A DNA stretch of 64,000 nt from Candidatus Omnitrophota bacterium (GTDB taxonomy: Bacteria; Omnitrophota; Gorgyraeia; JABMRN01; RBG-13-46-9). The DNA lies in the NCBI GenBank assembly GCA_020346285.1, contig CP070780.1:1113021-1177020 (forward strand). Direction: 5' to 3'. The position numbers were made by a program, and so were the translations under genes. The notes beneath the pieces were generated by a model, which was not told where the DNA came from, made no database searches, and worked only from the letters and a program-made list of their open reading frames with translations. Of the stretch, positions 19,304-29,072 are shown one piece after another; position 1 is the stretch's first letter, and every line of letters begins with the position of its first letter.

Positions 19304-19375
19304 ATGTTTGCGGATACCTCAAAATATATAACAGGCCACAATCTTGTTGTAGATGGTGGTTGATGCAGTATATGA
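19304..19375 (+). pseudogene. C-terminal remnant of an SDR oxidoreductase (PtmA-like)
   Basis: MFADTSKYITGHNLVVDGG*CSI*; classic SDR terminal motif; last stop overlaps the next ATG (ATGA). Confidence 0.7.
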
Positions 19376-21150
19376 ATCTGACTAAAAATAAAATGATTAT
19401 AGCAGTTACAAACTTAAATCTATTTGCAGCTATTAAATTGCTGACTAAAAATAGCGGTTATACCGTTTTGTATTACGAAAGATGTATCCCCGATTTTTTA
19501 TATCATCTATTAGAAAAAAGGCATCACATCAGAGAGTGCAGCAAAAGAAATAACCCCGAATATCTGAAAAATGTAGAAAATGAAAAAGAAACATTTCACC
19601 TGTCATCTAATATAGCAGGCCATGATGACTTGGCAAGTTTCATGGAAGAGATAAGCGATATCTTTTGTATTAAAAAATCACATATTAAATCCACCATGAT
19701 TAAACATTTTGTCAAATTGATAAGAGACGATATAACCCTGATGGGACTGGTAAAAAATAAATATAAGGCTAATGAAAAGGCTGAATATTGGGTGAAAAAT
19801 TACGACATTTTTACCCGACTCTCTAATTTAAACGATAATTTTATTAAAGTAAGTCAACTAAGATTATTTGATATAGCGTATGCGTGTTACATATCTATTT
19901 GGCCTATCCACATTTTCCTGTTTTTTGTTAACGGTATATTTAAAAAACGTAAGAAGCAAAATATAAAAATCGTATTCCAGCAATCATACAAGAAACGTTT
20001 CGGGCATAATCCGGAATTCGAGGCTTTTTTTAGATATTTTAAGACAAGAAACGATGTGGCTTACCATTGTTTTAAAAAGAGCGATGGAATATATCAGGCC
20101 GTGGAATCCTCCGGCAAGCCGGCTTTTACTACTCGAGATTTAAGATTGCCATTATCGGAAGGTTTATTATTAGGTTCTCTTTTATTTAGATTAGTTTTAC
20201 TTTTCCCTAAATATAATCCCCCCCAGAAGACAACGTTTTGGAGGATACTCCTTTGTATTTTCAGGGAGTATGCAGTAACAAAAAGTATATTACTGGAATT
20301 TTCACCCAAATATTTCATTCGCATACGCCAGGAGCTACACGAAAACCACCCCGTAACAACAGGGGTATGCGAACTTCTCGAATGCAGCCACATTGGTTAT
20401 GAACATGGTCCGCCTGTTTATTTTGTCGCAGATTATGCATTAACGGATTTTCATTATTTAGGTGTAATGGGTAAATCATCTATGACTGACATTTATGAAA
20501 ATTGCAAATCGGATATCAAGTGGTCCGTCCTTGGCCCGATAACCGCAGATATATGTTATGACATGCCTGTCCCGAGACGCGACTTTAAAACCATTACTTT
20601 AATAGCAGATTATTATCTTTTGCCCTGGGGAATTTTTCCTTATGAAAGTTATTTCAACGAAGTATTTTTCCCGCTTATAGATTTTATGAAAAATATAAAG
20701 AACGTGAAATTAGTATATAGAATCAAAGCCGTTAAAAAAGAGGGCAAAGCGGCATATGTAAAAAATTTATGCAAACGGCATAATATAAAGTGTGATATTG
20801 AATATTCAGCATCCGGGAAGGATATCTCCGGTTTTTCCTCATATACACTAAGAAAATCTGATTTGGTTGTTGTTCGCGGTACTTCTACAATTGCCTTTGA
20901 GTCTCTTTCACTTGGGAAAAAAGTCATTGTTTTCTGTAACAATCTAATGAAACACCCGCTGGAATCCTTTGCTCCGAAGTTAGCTGTAAGAAGCGGTGAG
21001 GAATTCAACAAAACAATATCCTGGTTATGGGGTGTACCATATCCTGAATATATCAAAAGTATAGAACATATCATCAGGCAGACTTGCAAGAAAGCAAACG
21101 GGAAAATGGTTAAGGAATTTTTTGAGGATTTTGTAGGAATAGATAAATGA
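19372..21150 (+). CDS. Uncharacterised surface-carbohydrate biosynthesis protein, possible GT-B transferase
   Basis: About 590 aa; IGYEHG and SDLVV..STIAFESLSLGKKVI resemble GT-B C-terminal motifs. Confidence 0.5.
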   Translation: MNLTKNKMIIAVTNLNLFAAIKLLTKNSGYTVLYYERCIPDFLYHLLEKRHHIRECSKRNNPEYLKNVENEKETFHLSSNIAGHDDLASFMEEISDIFCIKKSHIKSTMIKHFVKLIRDDITLMGLVKNKYKANEKAEYWVKNYDIFTRLSNLNDNFIKVSQLRLFDIAYACYISIWPIHIFLFFVNGIFKKRKKQNIKIVFQQSYKKRFGHNPEFEAFFRYFKTRNDVAYHCFKKSDGIYQAVESSGKPAFTTRDLRLPLSEGLLLGSLLFRLVLLFPKYNPPQKTTFWRILLCIFREYAVTKSILLEFSPKYFIRIRQELHENHPVTTGVCELLECSHIGYEHGPPVYFVADYALTDFHYLGVMGKSSMTDIYENCKSDIKWSVLGPITADICYDMPVPRRDFKTITLIADYYLLPWGIFPYESYFNEVFFPLIDFMKNIKNVKLVYRIKAVKKEGKAAYVKNLCKRHNIKCDIEYSASGKDISGFSSYTLRKSDLVVVRGTSTIAFESLSLGKKVIVFCNNLMKHPLESFAPKLAVRSGEEFNKTISWLWGVPYPEYIKSIEHIIRQTCKKANGKMVKEFFEDFVGIDK

Positions 21151-21160
21151 GGAAATAAGG

Positions 21161-22549
21161 ATGAGAGTTTTGCTGGTTGCGTATGACAACGCTTCCTATA
21201 CACATTGGTTTCCGCAAGGGTTGGCATATATTGCTGCGGTTCTCCTAAAGGAAGGGCACGATGTAAGAATTTATAATCAGGATAAATTTCATTACCCGGA
21301 CAGCCACCTTACGGCGTATTTGGACAAAAACAGATTTGACATTGTTGGCGTAAGCGTAATAGCGGGGTATTATCAATATAGAAAATTACTGAAAATTTCT
21401 GATGCAATAAATCAATCTAAAAATCGTCCGTTTTATATCCTAGGAGGCCATGGCCCTTCGCCCGAACCCGATTTTTTTATTAAAAGAAGCCTGGCCGATG
21501 CGGTTATTATGGGCGAAGGCGAAAATACGATCATTGATTTAATAGAAACCATAGGTGCAAAAAGGCGGCTTGCGGATGTTAAGGGAATAGCATTTCGCGA
21601 TGGAGAAAAAGTGATTATTAATGAAAAACAACCCCTGATCGAGAATATAGATAGCATACCACCTCCCGCTTATGATTTGTTCCCGATGCATTATTATGGG
21701 CTAAGAAGAGCGCCTCACGCTACAAAATTTGATTTTGTAATTGATGTTATATCAGGCAGAGGCTGCAAGTTTAAATGTACTTTTTGCTATCGCATGGACG
21801 AGGGCTTTAGACCGCGAAGTTCTGAAGCCATTATAGATGAAATTAAATTTCTGAAAGATAAATATGGCATTACCTATGTCACTTTTGCCGATGAGTTATT
21901 GATGTCGTCGGTTGAAAGGACAGAGGCCTTGTGCAAAAGTTTTATCAAAGCCGGATTAAATATTAAATGGAGTTGCAACGGGAGGCTAAATTATGCCAAA
22001 TCAGACGTTTTAAAACTTATGAAACAAGCAGGGTGCATGTTTATTAATTATGGCGTTGAGGCAATGGATGACCAGGTTCTTAAGAATATGAAGAAAGCAT
22101 TAACCGTCAAACAGATTATTGAAGGCGTTGAAGCTACATTAAAGGTGGGGGTAAGCCCCGGTTTAAACATTATTTTTGGAAATATCGGCGATAATAAGGA
22201 AACCTTGAATAAGGGGGTTGAATTTTTATTAAAATATGACGACGGGGCACAACTACGCACTATTCGACCGGTAACTCCATATCCCGGTTGCCCACTTTAT
22301 TATTCTGCTATAGAAAAGGGGCTTCTTAAGGATTGTGAAGATTTTTATGAGAACAAACACACAAATTCGGATTTAGTAGCTGTTAATTTTACAAACTTGG
22401 ACGACGAGGAGTTTCATAAGTGTCTATTAAAGGCTAATACCAAATTAATCGAGAATTATTTCAGAAAAAAATCAAGAGTTATTATTAAACAGGCTAAAAA
22501 ACTTTATCTTGAAAAAGATACTTCTTTTCGAGGTTTTCGTCAGCTCTAA
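21161..22549 (+). CDS. Cobalamin-binding radical SAM enzyme
   Basis: PQGLAYIAA, GGHGP, GEGE, RGCKFKCTFC, TPYPG. Confidence 0.9.
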   Translation: MRVLLVAYDNASYTHWFPQGLAYIAAVLLKEGHDVRIYNQDKFHYPDSHLTAYLDKNRFDIVGVSVIAGYYQYRKLLKISDAINQSKNRPFYILGGHGPSPEPDFFIKRSLADAVIMGEGENTIIDLIETIGAKRRLADVKGIAFRDGEKVIINEKQPLIENIDSIPPPAYDLFPMHYYGLRRAPHATKFDFVIDVISGRGCKFKCTFCYRMDEGFRPRSSEAIIDEIKFLKDKYGITYVTFADELLMSSVERTEALCKSFIKAGLNIKWSCNGRLNYAKSDVLKLMKQAGCMFINYGVEAMDDQVLKNMKKALTVKQIIEGVEATLKVGVSPGLNIIFGNIGDNKETLNKGVEFLLKYDDGAQLRTIRPVTPYPGCPLYYSAIEKGLLKDCEDFYENKHTNSDLVAVNFTNLDDEEFHKCLLKANTKLIENYFRKKSRVIIKQAKKLYLEKDTSFRGFRQL

Positions 22550-22590
22550 AAAGCAGAGATTTTTAATTGAAAAATTGGAGGGAAAAGTAT

Positions 22591-23562
22591 ATGGAACTCA
22601 AAGAAGCTGTTAAAAACAGAGTTGCTTTAGGTAAAAGGCCAAGATTGATTGAAAATGTATTGCTAATTGAGGGAATTGCCAGGGCAGGGAAATTTCTGCT
22701 TGCGAATTGCCTCTGTGCCATAAATGATGTAGAACATACCTGCTCCAACGGCCTTTTAGACAATATTCCTTTTATGGTAAAATTCAAACTGCTCACGCCA
22801 GAGGCAGCCGAAGCCCTTATTCAGAACATAATAGATAACTCGGGGTACGATATCATGATAGGGAGAAATCTCAATTTTCGATACGATGACAAGAGCTGTA
22901 TTTATAACTCCCCAAGGCTAAAAGAATATCTGGACAGGAGCCTAAACTCTGACCGAGATGTTATTGTAGAACAGATTAAAAATAAAAGGCGTTATTTTAT
23001 GCATATTGTCCACCAGGGTTTTCCGAATATCGAAATATTCCTTCGGATGTATTCTAAGATTAAGGTCATTAGAATTGAAAGACATCCCGTTGATTTAGTT
23101 TATTCATGGTTTCAGAGGGGGTTTGGCCGGCGATTGGGCCGAGATGCCCGATTATTTATTATACCGATCCAAGGAATAAAAGGGCCTATACCGTGGTTTG
23201 CACATGAATGGGCCGAGGATTATGAAAATTCATCCGAGATGGATAGAGTAATCAGATTCCTTTACTATATAAATGAAAAAAGCAAGGAAGCATATGTTAA
23301 TCTAAACATGGAAGATAAAAAAAAGATACATACCGTGTCGTACGAGCGCTTACTTACAGAGACAGACGAAGAAATGAAAAAAATAAGCATTTTTCTGGAT
23401 AAAAAAATATTGCCAGGGATCGAGCTAGTCAAGGCGCGCGAAAGAATCCCGGCACCTAATCCTGCATTGGTAAGGAATAAAAAAATGAATTTTATTAAAA
23501 AACAGACTACACCGAAAATCTTTTCCGCACTTATGGCGATGGAAAATGGATACGAGAAATAG
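22591..23562 (+). CDS. Sulfotransferase-like protein (P-loop fold)
   Basis: EGIARAGK (5'-PSB-like), IERHPVDLVYSW (3'-PB-like), VSYERL; ATG 22591 follows GGAGG. Confidence 0.6.
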   Translation: MELKEAVKNRVALGKRPRLIENVLLIEGIARAGKFLLANCLCAINDVEHTCSNGLLDNIPFMVKFKLLTPEAAEALIQNIIDNSGYDIMIGRNLNFRYDDKSCIYNSPRLKEYLDRSLNSDRDVIVEQIKNKRRYFMHIVHQGFPNIEIFLRMYSKIKVIRIERHPVDLVYSWFQRGFGRRLGRDARLFIIPIQGIKGPIPWFAHEWAEDYENSSEMDRVIRFLYYINEKSKEAYVNLNMEDKKKIHTVSYERLLTETDEEMKKISIFLDKKILPGIELVKARERIPAPNPALVRNKKMNFIKKQTTPKIFSALMAMENGYEK

Positions 23563-25762
23563 AAAAAAAATAAAGATAATCACGACACTAGGACCATCGA
23601 CGAACACCGAGAAGGATTTAAGAAACATAAAGGACAAAGGCGTTGATTTTGTACGAATCAATATGTCCCACTCCAATCTCAACGATTTAAAATATTTCAT
23701 AGATATTTCAAAGAAGATAGACATACCTTTTATCCTGGATACAGAGGGCTCGCAAATAAGGGCAGTTCAACTTGGCAGGGAAAAAATCGAATTTAAGGAA
23801 GGGGATATAATAAAAATTTATAATCGAACCATAGCAGAAAACAGGGAAAAGATATGCCTACAGCCGGGGTCTATTGTAGGGCAGTTGAAGAAAGGAGATC
23901 TGATATTCGTTGATTTTAATACGTTGGTCCTTAGGGTATCAGATATTTCTATGATTACCGACGGCTATATTTCCGCGATAGTTGTTACCAACGGAATGCT
24001 CGGAAACAACAAATCTGCTGTTATTGTTTCGGGAGAACAAAAACACTTTGGATTGCCCGTTTTAACCGAAAAAGACAGAAAATCTATTCAATTGGCTTTG
24101 AAAGAAGGGATAGGGCATATTGCCGTTTCTTTTGTAAGAAGGGGGAGGGACCTTGATGAGGTAAGAAAAACGACAAATAACACAATGCGTATCATCGCAA
24201 AAATAGAATCAAAAGAATCTTTGGAAAATATAGATGAAATAATTGAAAAAACAGACGCACTTTTGATTGACAGAGGAGATCTTGGTAAAGAGATTCCGAT
24301 TGAAAGAATACCCTTTATCCAGAAGGCTGTATTAAAAAAAGCGCACGAAAGACAAAAGCCGGTATTTATCGCAACAAACCTTCTCGAATCTATGGTTGAG
24401 AAGAAAAAGCCTACAAGGGCGGAAGTCAATGATGTTATAAATACCATTTTGGACGGGGCAGATGGCTTGGTTTTATCAGCCGAAACCGCTATCGGAAAAC
24501 ACCCCATGGGATGCATCAATATACTGAACAGGCTTATTAAATATTCAGATTCCGCAAGAAATCTTAACTATGTTAGTCGTTTTTCCGATTTTAGCACTGT
24601 TTCATTAATAAAACCGCATGGAGGCAGATTAATCGAAAGATTCGCCGATAAATTACCCGGCGATTCAGATAAATTGGTAAAAATAAAACTATCCGAAGAA
24701 CAGCAAATGGATGTTGAGCAGATTGCTGTCGGGGCATTTAGCCCTTTGGAAGGCTTTATGTGCAGAAATGATTTTCAGGGTGTCCTCGACAATATGCGGC
24801 TTGTAAGCGGGGTTGTATGGCCGATTCCAATCGTGCTTGATATTTCAAAAGAAGAGGCGAAAAAGATTTCTATCGATAATGAGGTAGCCTTAATCGGTGA
24901 TAAAGACGAAATTATGGCCATCCTTCATGTAAGGGATAAATACGATTTTGACAAAAAAGAGATAATAAATAAGTTATACTGCACGGACGACAAGAGGCAT
25001 CCCGGTGTAAAAATGGCAATGAAAATGAAGCCGATCTTAGTGGGCGGCGAAATTGATTTGGTAAAGAGAAGAGAGTCCGAATACAAGGAATATGAGCTTA
25101 CCCCAAGGCAGGTGCGAAAACTGTTCGAAGATCGAAATTGGATGAAGATTGCCGGTTTTCATACAAGAAACGCAATACACAGGGTGCATGAATTTATACA
25201 ATTAAAGGCGTTGGAAAAAGCGCATTGCGATGGGCTATTTATTCACCCTGTTATTGGAAAAAAGAAACAAGGCGATTTTAATATCAAATACATAATAGAG
25301 GCTTATAAAAAAATGATGAAAGATTTTTATCCAAAAGATAGCGTTGTCTTCGCAACATTTTCCACCTTTTCGCGATACGCGGGGCCTAGAGAAGCTATAT
25401 TTACTGCCTTATGCAGAAAGAATTTTGGATGCAGCCATTTTATTGTAGGAAGGGACCATACGGGTGTCGCGAATTATTATCACCCAAAGGCATCCCAACA
25501 GATTTTTGACAGATTTCCCGATTTGGAAATAAAACCCATAAAATTTGATAAAGTGTTTTATTCGAATAAACTTAACAAATATATTCATGGAAGTGACATT
25601 TGTAAAGAGGGGGATTTAGGAGAAGTGCATATAAACGCGACACAGGCAAGAAAGATGTTACAGGCCCTTGAAATGCCACCGGATTGGTTTATGAGGCCCG
25701 AAATAGCTTTAATAATTTTAAACGGACTAAAGAACAAGGAGGAAGTGTTTGTCAAAGAGTAA
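23546..25762 (+). CDS. Pyruvate kinase barrel domain fused to sulfate adenylyltransferase (Sat-type ATP sulfurylase)
   Basis: PK motifs TLGPST, RINMSH, SFVR, AKIES, DRGDLG, PTRAEVNDV, LSAETAIG; Sat motifs PHGG, FSPLEGFM, HTRN..HRVHE, RYAGPREA, NFGCSHFIVGRDH, FMRPE. Confidence 0.9.
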   Translation: MDTRNRKKIKIITTLGPSTNTEKDLRNIKDKGVDFVRINMSHSNLNDLKYFIDISKKIDIPFILDTEGSQIRAVQLGREKIEFKEGDIIKIYNRTIAENREKICLQPGSIVGQLKKGDLIFVDFNTLVLRVSDISMITDGYISAIVVTNGMLGNNKSAVIVSGEQKHFGLPVLTEKDRKSIQLALKEGIGHIAVSFVRRGRDLDEVRKTTNNTMRIIAKIESKESLENIDEIIEKTDALLIDRGDLGKEIPIERIPFIQKAVLKKAHERQKPVFIATNLLESMVEKKKPTRAEVNDVINTILDGADGLVLSAETAIGKHPMGCINILNRLIKYSDSARNLNYVSRFSDFSTVSLIKPHGGRLIERFADKLPGDSDKLVKIKLSEEQQMDVEQIAVGAFSPLEGFMCRNDFQGVLDNMRLVSGVVWPIPIVLDISKEEAKKISIDNEVALIGDKDEIMAILHVRDKYDFDKKEIINKLYCTDDKRHPGVKMAMKMKPILVGGEIDLVKRRESEYKEYELTPRQVRKLFEDRNWMKIAGFHTRNAIHRVHEFIQLKALEKAHCDGLFIHPVIGKKKQGDFNIKYIIEAYKKMMKDFYPKDSVVFATFSTFSRYAGPREAIFTALCRKNFGCSHFIVGRDHTGVANYYHPKASQQIFDRFPDLEIKPIKFDKVFYSNKLNKYIHGSDICKEGDLGEVHINATQARKMLQALEMPPDWFMRPEIALIILNGLKNKEEVFVKE

Positions 25763-25779
25763 TAAAAAAATCGAGGGAC

Positions 25780-27519
25780 ATGAAGCTTTCTGATTATATA
25801 ACAAGATTTTTAGCAAAGCATACCAGACATGCATTTGTAGGAACCGGCGGTTGCATCGTTCATGTTCTTGATAGCCTGAATAAGAGTCCGCACATTCACT
25901 TGGTACCTTGCGAAAATGAACAGGGGGCTGCTATCGCGGCAGAGGCCTACTATAGAGTAAAGGGGAAGATAGGCGTTGCGATAGCAACAAGCGGGCCTGG
26001 AATGATTAATTTGATCCAAGGCATCGCATGCGCTTATTTTGATTCTACCCCGTCTTTATATATTTCAGGCGCACCTCCGACCTATCATTTAAAGGGTAAA
26101 CATAAAGTAAGGCAGATGGGTTTTCAAGAAATGGATGTTATAAAAATTGTTAAACCACTAACCAAATATGCTGTATTACTTACGAATCCTAAACGGATCA
26201 GATATGAATTGGAAAAATTAATTTATTCAGCCTTTGAAGGAAGGCCCGGGCCGGTATTATTAGATTTACCTGACGATATTCAGAGGGCGCATATTAATCC
26301 TCAAAAGTTAAAATCTTTTATTCCCAAAAGAAAAACTCCTACATTGAATAAAACGGCAATAAATAAAACAATGGGCCTTATCAAAAAAGCTGCCAGGCCC
26401 GTAATTATTGTCGGCGGCGGAGTAAAGACAAGAGACGTAAGAAAGGAATTAAAAACATTTTTAAACAAAAGCCGGATACCCTTCGCCACGACTTGGGCAA
26501 CCATAGATATGTTTTTGGATAATGAGCCTAATCTTATCGGCAATTTCGGCATATCTGCAAACAGGGCCGGAAATTTTGCCATCCAGAATTGCGATTTGCT
26601 TATTAGCCTGGGTTCTAGGCTGGATACGCATGGAGCAGGAAGCGATGTGGCCCGATTTGCGCCAAAAGCCAAAAAAATAGTTGTTGACATTGACAGAGCA
26701 GAATTAGATAAACATACTAGAATGAAAACAGATTTGAAAATTCATTGCGATTTAAAGACATTTTTAAAAGGCCTCATTAACTCTTCCGAGATAGAAACGA
26801 GGGACCTAAATCAATGGAAAAGAAAAATACAAGAATGGAAAGATAGGTACCCCATATACCTTGAGAAATATTATAAGCAGAAAAACAAAGTTAATCCTTA
26901 TGTTTTTATGAATGAACTGTCTAAGGAAACAAAAGAGGGGGATATCGTTGTTACAGAGACAGGAGCGACTTTGACCTGGACTATGCAGGCTTATAAAATA
27001 AGAACCCGGCAAGCTTTGTTCAGTGCATTCAACCATGCTTCGATGGGATATGCATTGCCCGCTGCTATCGGCGCTCAATATGCCGCGCCCGAAAACCGGG
27101 TAATATGCATCACAGGGGACGGCGGCATACAGATGAATATTCAGGAACTGGAGACAATCGCTTATAATAAGTTACCCATAAAGATTTTCTTAATTAATAA
27201 CAGGGGTTACGGAATGATCAAGCAGACCCAGGATACCTGGCTCGATTCCGTGTATGTGGCCTCGGACCCAAGTTGCGGGTTAGGCTTTCCGGATTTTCAA
27301 AAGGTCGCGAAGGCCTATAAAATAAAAACACTGCAAATCGCAAATCACGGTGAATTAAAAAAGATGATAAGGAAGGTTTTGTCCTATAAGGGGCCGGTTC
27401 TTTGCGACGTTAAATTAAGGCCCGGAGAGAAAATAATCCCTAAATTGGAATTCGGAAGGCCTTTAGAAGATATGTCCCCGTTATTACCGAGAAGCGAGCT
27501 AAAGGCAAATAGGCTTTGA
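25780..27519 (+). CDS. ThDP-binding acetolactate synthase-like carboligase (YerE-like)
   Basis: NEQGAAIAAEAY, TSGPG, GRPGPV, SMGYALP, GDGG...NNRGYG; ATG 25780 follows GAGGG. Confidence 0.85.
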   Translation: MKLSDYITRFLAKHTRHAFVGTGGCIVHVLDSLNKSPHIHLVPCENEQGAAIAAEAYYRVKGKIGVAIATSGPGMINLIQGIACAYFDSTPSLYISGAPPTYHLKGKHKVRQMGFQEMDVIKIVKPLTKYAVLLTNPKRIRYELEKLIYSAFEGRPGPVLLDLPDDIQRAHINPQKLKSFIPKRKTPTLNKTAINKTMGLIKKAARPVIIVGGGVKTRDVRKELKTFLNKSRIPFATTWATIDMFLDNEPNLIGNFGISANRAGNFAIQNCDLLISLGSRLDTHGAGSDVARFAPKAKKIVVDIDRAELDKHTRMKTDLKIHCDLKTFLKGLINSSEIETRDLNQWKRKIQEWKDRYPIYLEKYYKQKNKVNPYVFMNELSKETKEGDIVVTETGATLTWTMQAYKIRTRQALFSAFNHASMGYALPAAIGAQYAAPENRVICITGDGGIQMNIQELETIAYNKLPIKIFLINNRGYGMIKQTQDTWLDSVYVASDPSCGLGFPDFQKVAKAYKIKTLQIANHGELKKMIRKVLSYKGPVLCDVKLRPGEKIIPKLEFGRPLEDMSPLLPRSELKANRL

Positions 27520-27549
27520 TTGAGTAAAAAATAGGCTTTGATATGAGTA
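27507..27549 (+). repeat. Short tandem duplication of a stop/start junction
   Basis: AAATAGGCTTTGAT at 27507 and 27529, followed by TGAGTA and ATGAGTA. Confidence 0.7.
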
Positions 27550-28214
27550 GAGATTTAATTATAGCGGCTAAATGCGCCCCCCGGGAAGGGCATTTACGGG
27601 ATATTAAAAAAGCAGGATTGCAAGCAGTAGAGCTATATCTCTCGGAAGAGATTATGGAAAATCTGCCTAAGGTCATTGGACTGTGTAAAAAATTTCCATT
27701 TAGATATGCCGTTCACGCCCCTAATGCCGTATATAATCCGCGTAAATTAAGAAAATTGACAGAAGCGATCAATGCCGAAATAGCCGTTTTTCATAATGTT
27801 TATTGGGAGGATGAATGGAAGAGGGTCGCTAAAGCTTTTAAAGGCGTCAAGACTAAACTTTGCGTTGAAAATACATCTTCCACCCATGACTCGGTGAAAT
27901 TTATGAGAAGATATGGGTGGGGTAGGGCCCTGGATTTGGAACACGCGCAAATGGGATCTGCCGGTGTCTATGAAGAAGAGTTTATTACTGTTATGAAAGA
28001 GGCTGCCCATATCCACTTAACCGGTTACACCCATGGTTCGCAATTATGGCACACGCATATCCATCATTCACCGAGGCATAATTCATATTTATTGGATTTA
28101 TTAAGAAAAGCAAGATATTCAGGTTTTGTTGTCTCCGAAGCAAAAAAGTCACTCCAGACTTACGCAGAGTTTAAAAAGTTGAAAGAGTTTTATCAAAAAT
28201 GGAGAAATAAGTGA
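27543..28214 (+). CDS. Xylose isomerase-like TIM-barrel protein
   Basis: VELY, VHAP, VFH, VEN, LDLEH, HIH, VVSE metal-ligand pattern. Confidence 0.65.
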   Translation: MSRDLIIAAKCAPREGHLRDIKKAGLQAVELYLSEEIMENLPKVIGLCKKFPFRYAVHAPNAVYNPRKLRKLTEAINAEIAVFHNVYWEDEWKRVAKAFKGVKTKLCVENTSSTHDSVKFMRRYGWGRALDLEHAQMGSAGVYEEEFITVMKEAAHIHLTGYTHGSQLWHTHIHHSPRHNSYLLDLLRKARYSGFVVSEAKKSLQTYAEFKKLKEFYQKWRNK

Positions 28215-29059
28215 AGGTTCTCCTTACGGGGGTCACGGGCTTTATCGGCAGTTATTTTGTTTCTCAATGGAAAAATAACCCTTATGAGATAATTGGCATT
28301 GCCAGGCGTAATGTAAATCCTGATTTGCAGATACCGGTTGTGTATGCTGACCTGGCAGAGGGCGTTTCGTTAAAAGAGCCGGTAGATGTTATTGTCCATG
28401 CAGCAACTCAAGCATACGGACCAGACGTTCCGGCAGAGGCTTACATTCACAGTAATGTCGAAGGAATGCAGAAGCTTATTCAATATGCGCGGGATTTTAA
28501 TGTGCGAAAGTTCATCTATCTATCCAGCATGTCAATCTACGGAAAAATATCCGGTAATGTCGCAGACGAAAATACCCCCATTGTAAATCCCGGTATATAC
28601 GGTTTGAGCAAATATATGGGAGAATTGCTTCTTCGTGATGAAGCAGGGTGGCTAAATTCTGTGGTCTTACGTTTACCGGGCATTTTGGGTAAAAGCGCTA
28701 AAATTTGCTGGCTGGCCAAGGCGGCTAAAAAAATCAAGAGTGGCCAAGAGGTGTGGATATACAATCCGCAGTCGCCTTTTAACGCCACGATTCACGTCGC
28801 AGACCTCGAACGCTTTATTTCTCAGCTTATCGTTACAGAATTTAGCGGTTTTGAGATTGTTACGCTTGGATGCCGCCAGCCTATTACAATACGAGAGACG
28901 GCGGATTCTTTAAAAAAATATTTAAATTCAACCTCCAGGATACGGGTGAAAGACGCCAAGAAGAAGTGTTTCATTATTTCCACGGACAAGGCACGCAGAA
29001 TGAAATATAATCCCAGAACTGTTCGGGAAACTTTACGTGCTTATAGTAAGGAATGTTAA
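28211..29059 (+). CDS. NAD-dependent epimerase/reductase (extended SDR)
   Basis: GVTGFIG, LSSMSIYG, YGLSK. Confidence 0.85.
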   Translation: MKVLLTGVTGFIGSYFVSQWKNNPYEIIGIARRNVNPDLQIPVVYADLAEGVSLKEPVDVIVHAATQAYGPDVPAEAYIHSNVEGMQKLIQYARDFNVRKFIYLSSMSIYGKISGNVADENTPIVNPGIYGLSKYMGELLLRDEAGWLNSVVLRLPGILGKSAKICWLAKAAKKIKSGQEVWIYNPQSPFNATIHVADLERFISQLIVTEFSGFEIVTLGCRQPITIRETADSLKKYLNSTSRIRVKDAKKKCFIISTDKARRMKYNPRTVRETLRAYSKEC

Positions 29060-29072
29060 GAGGGGGTTTAAT

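Noticed and set aside
19361-19363. In-frame TGA at a Trp position suggesting an alternative genetic code
   Set aside because: Many intact genes end in TGA and use TGG for Trp; a nonsense mutation in a remnant is simpler
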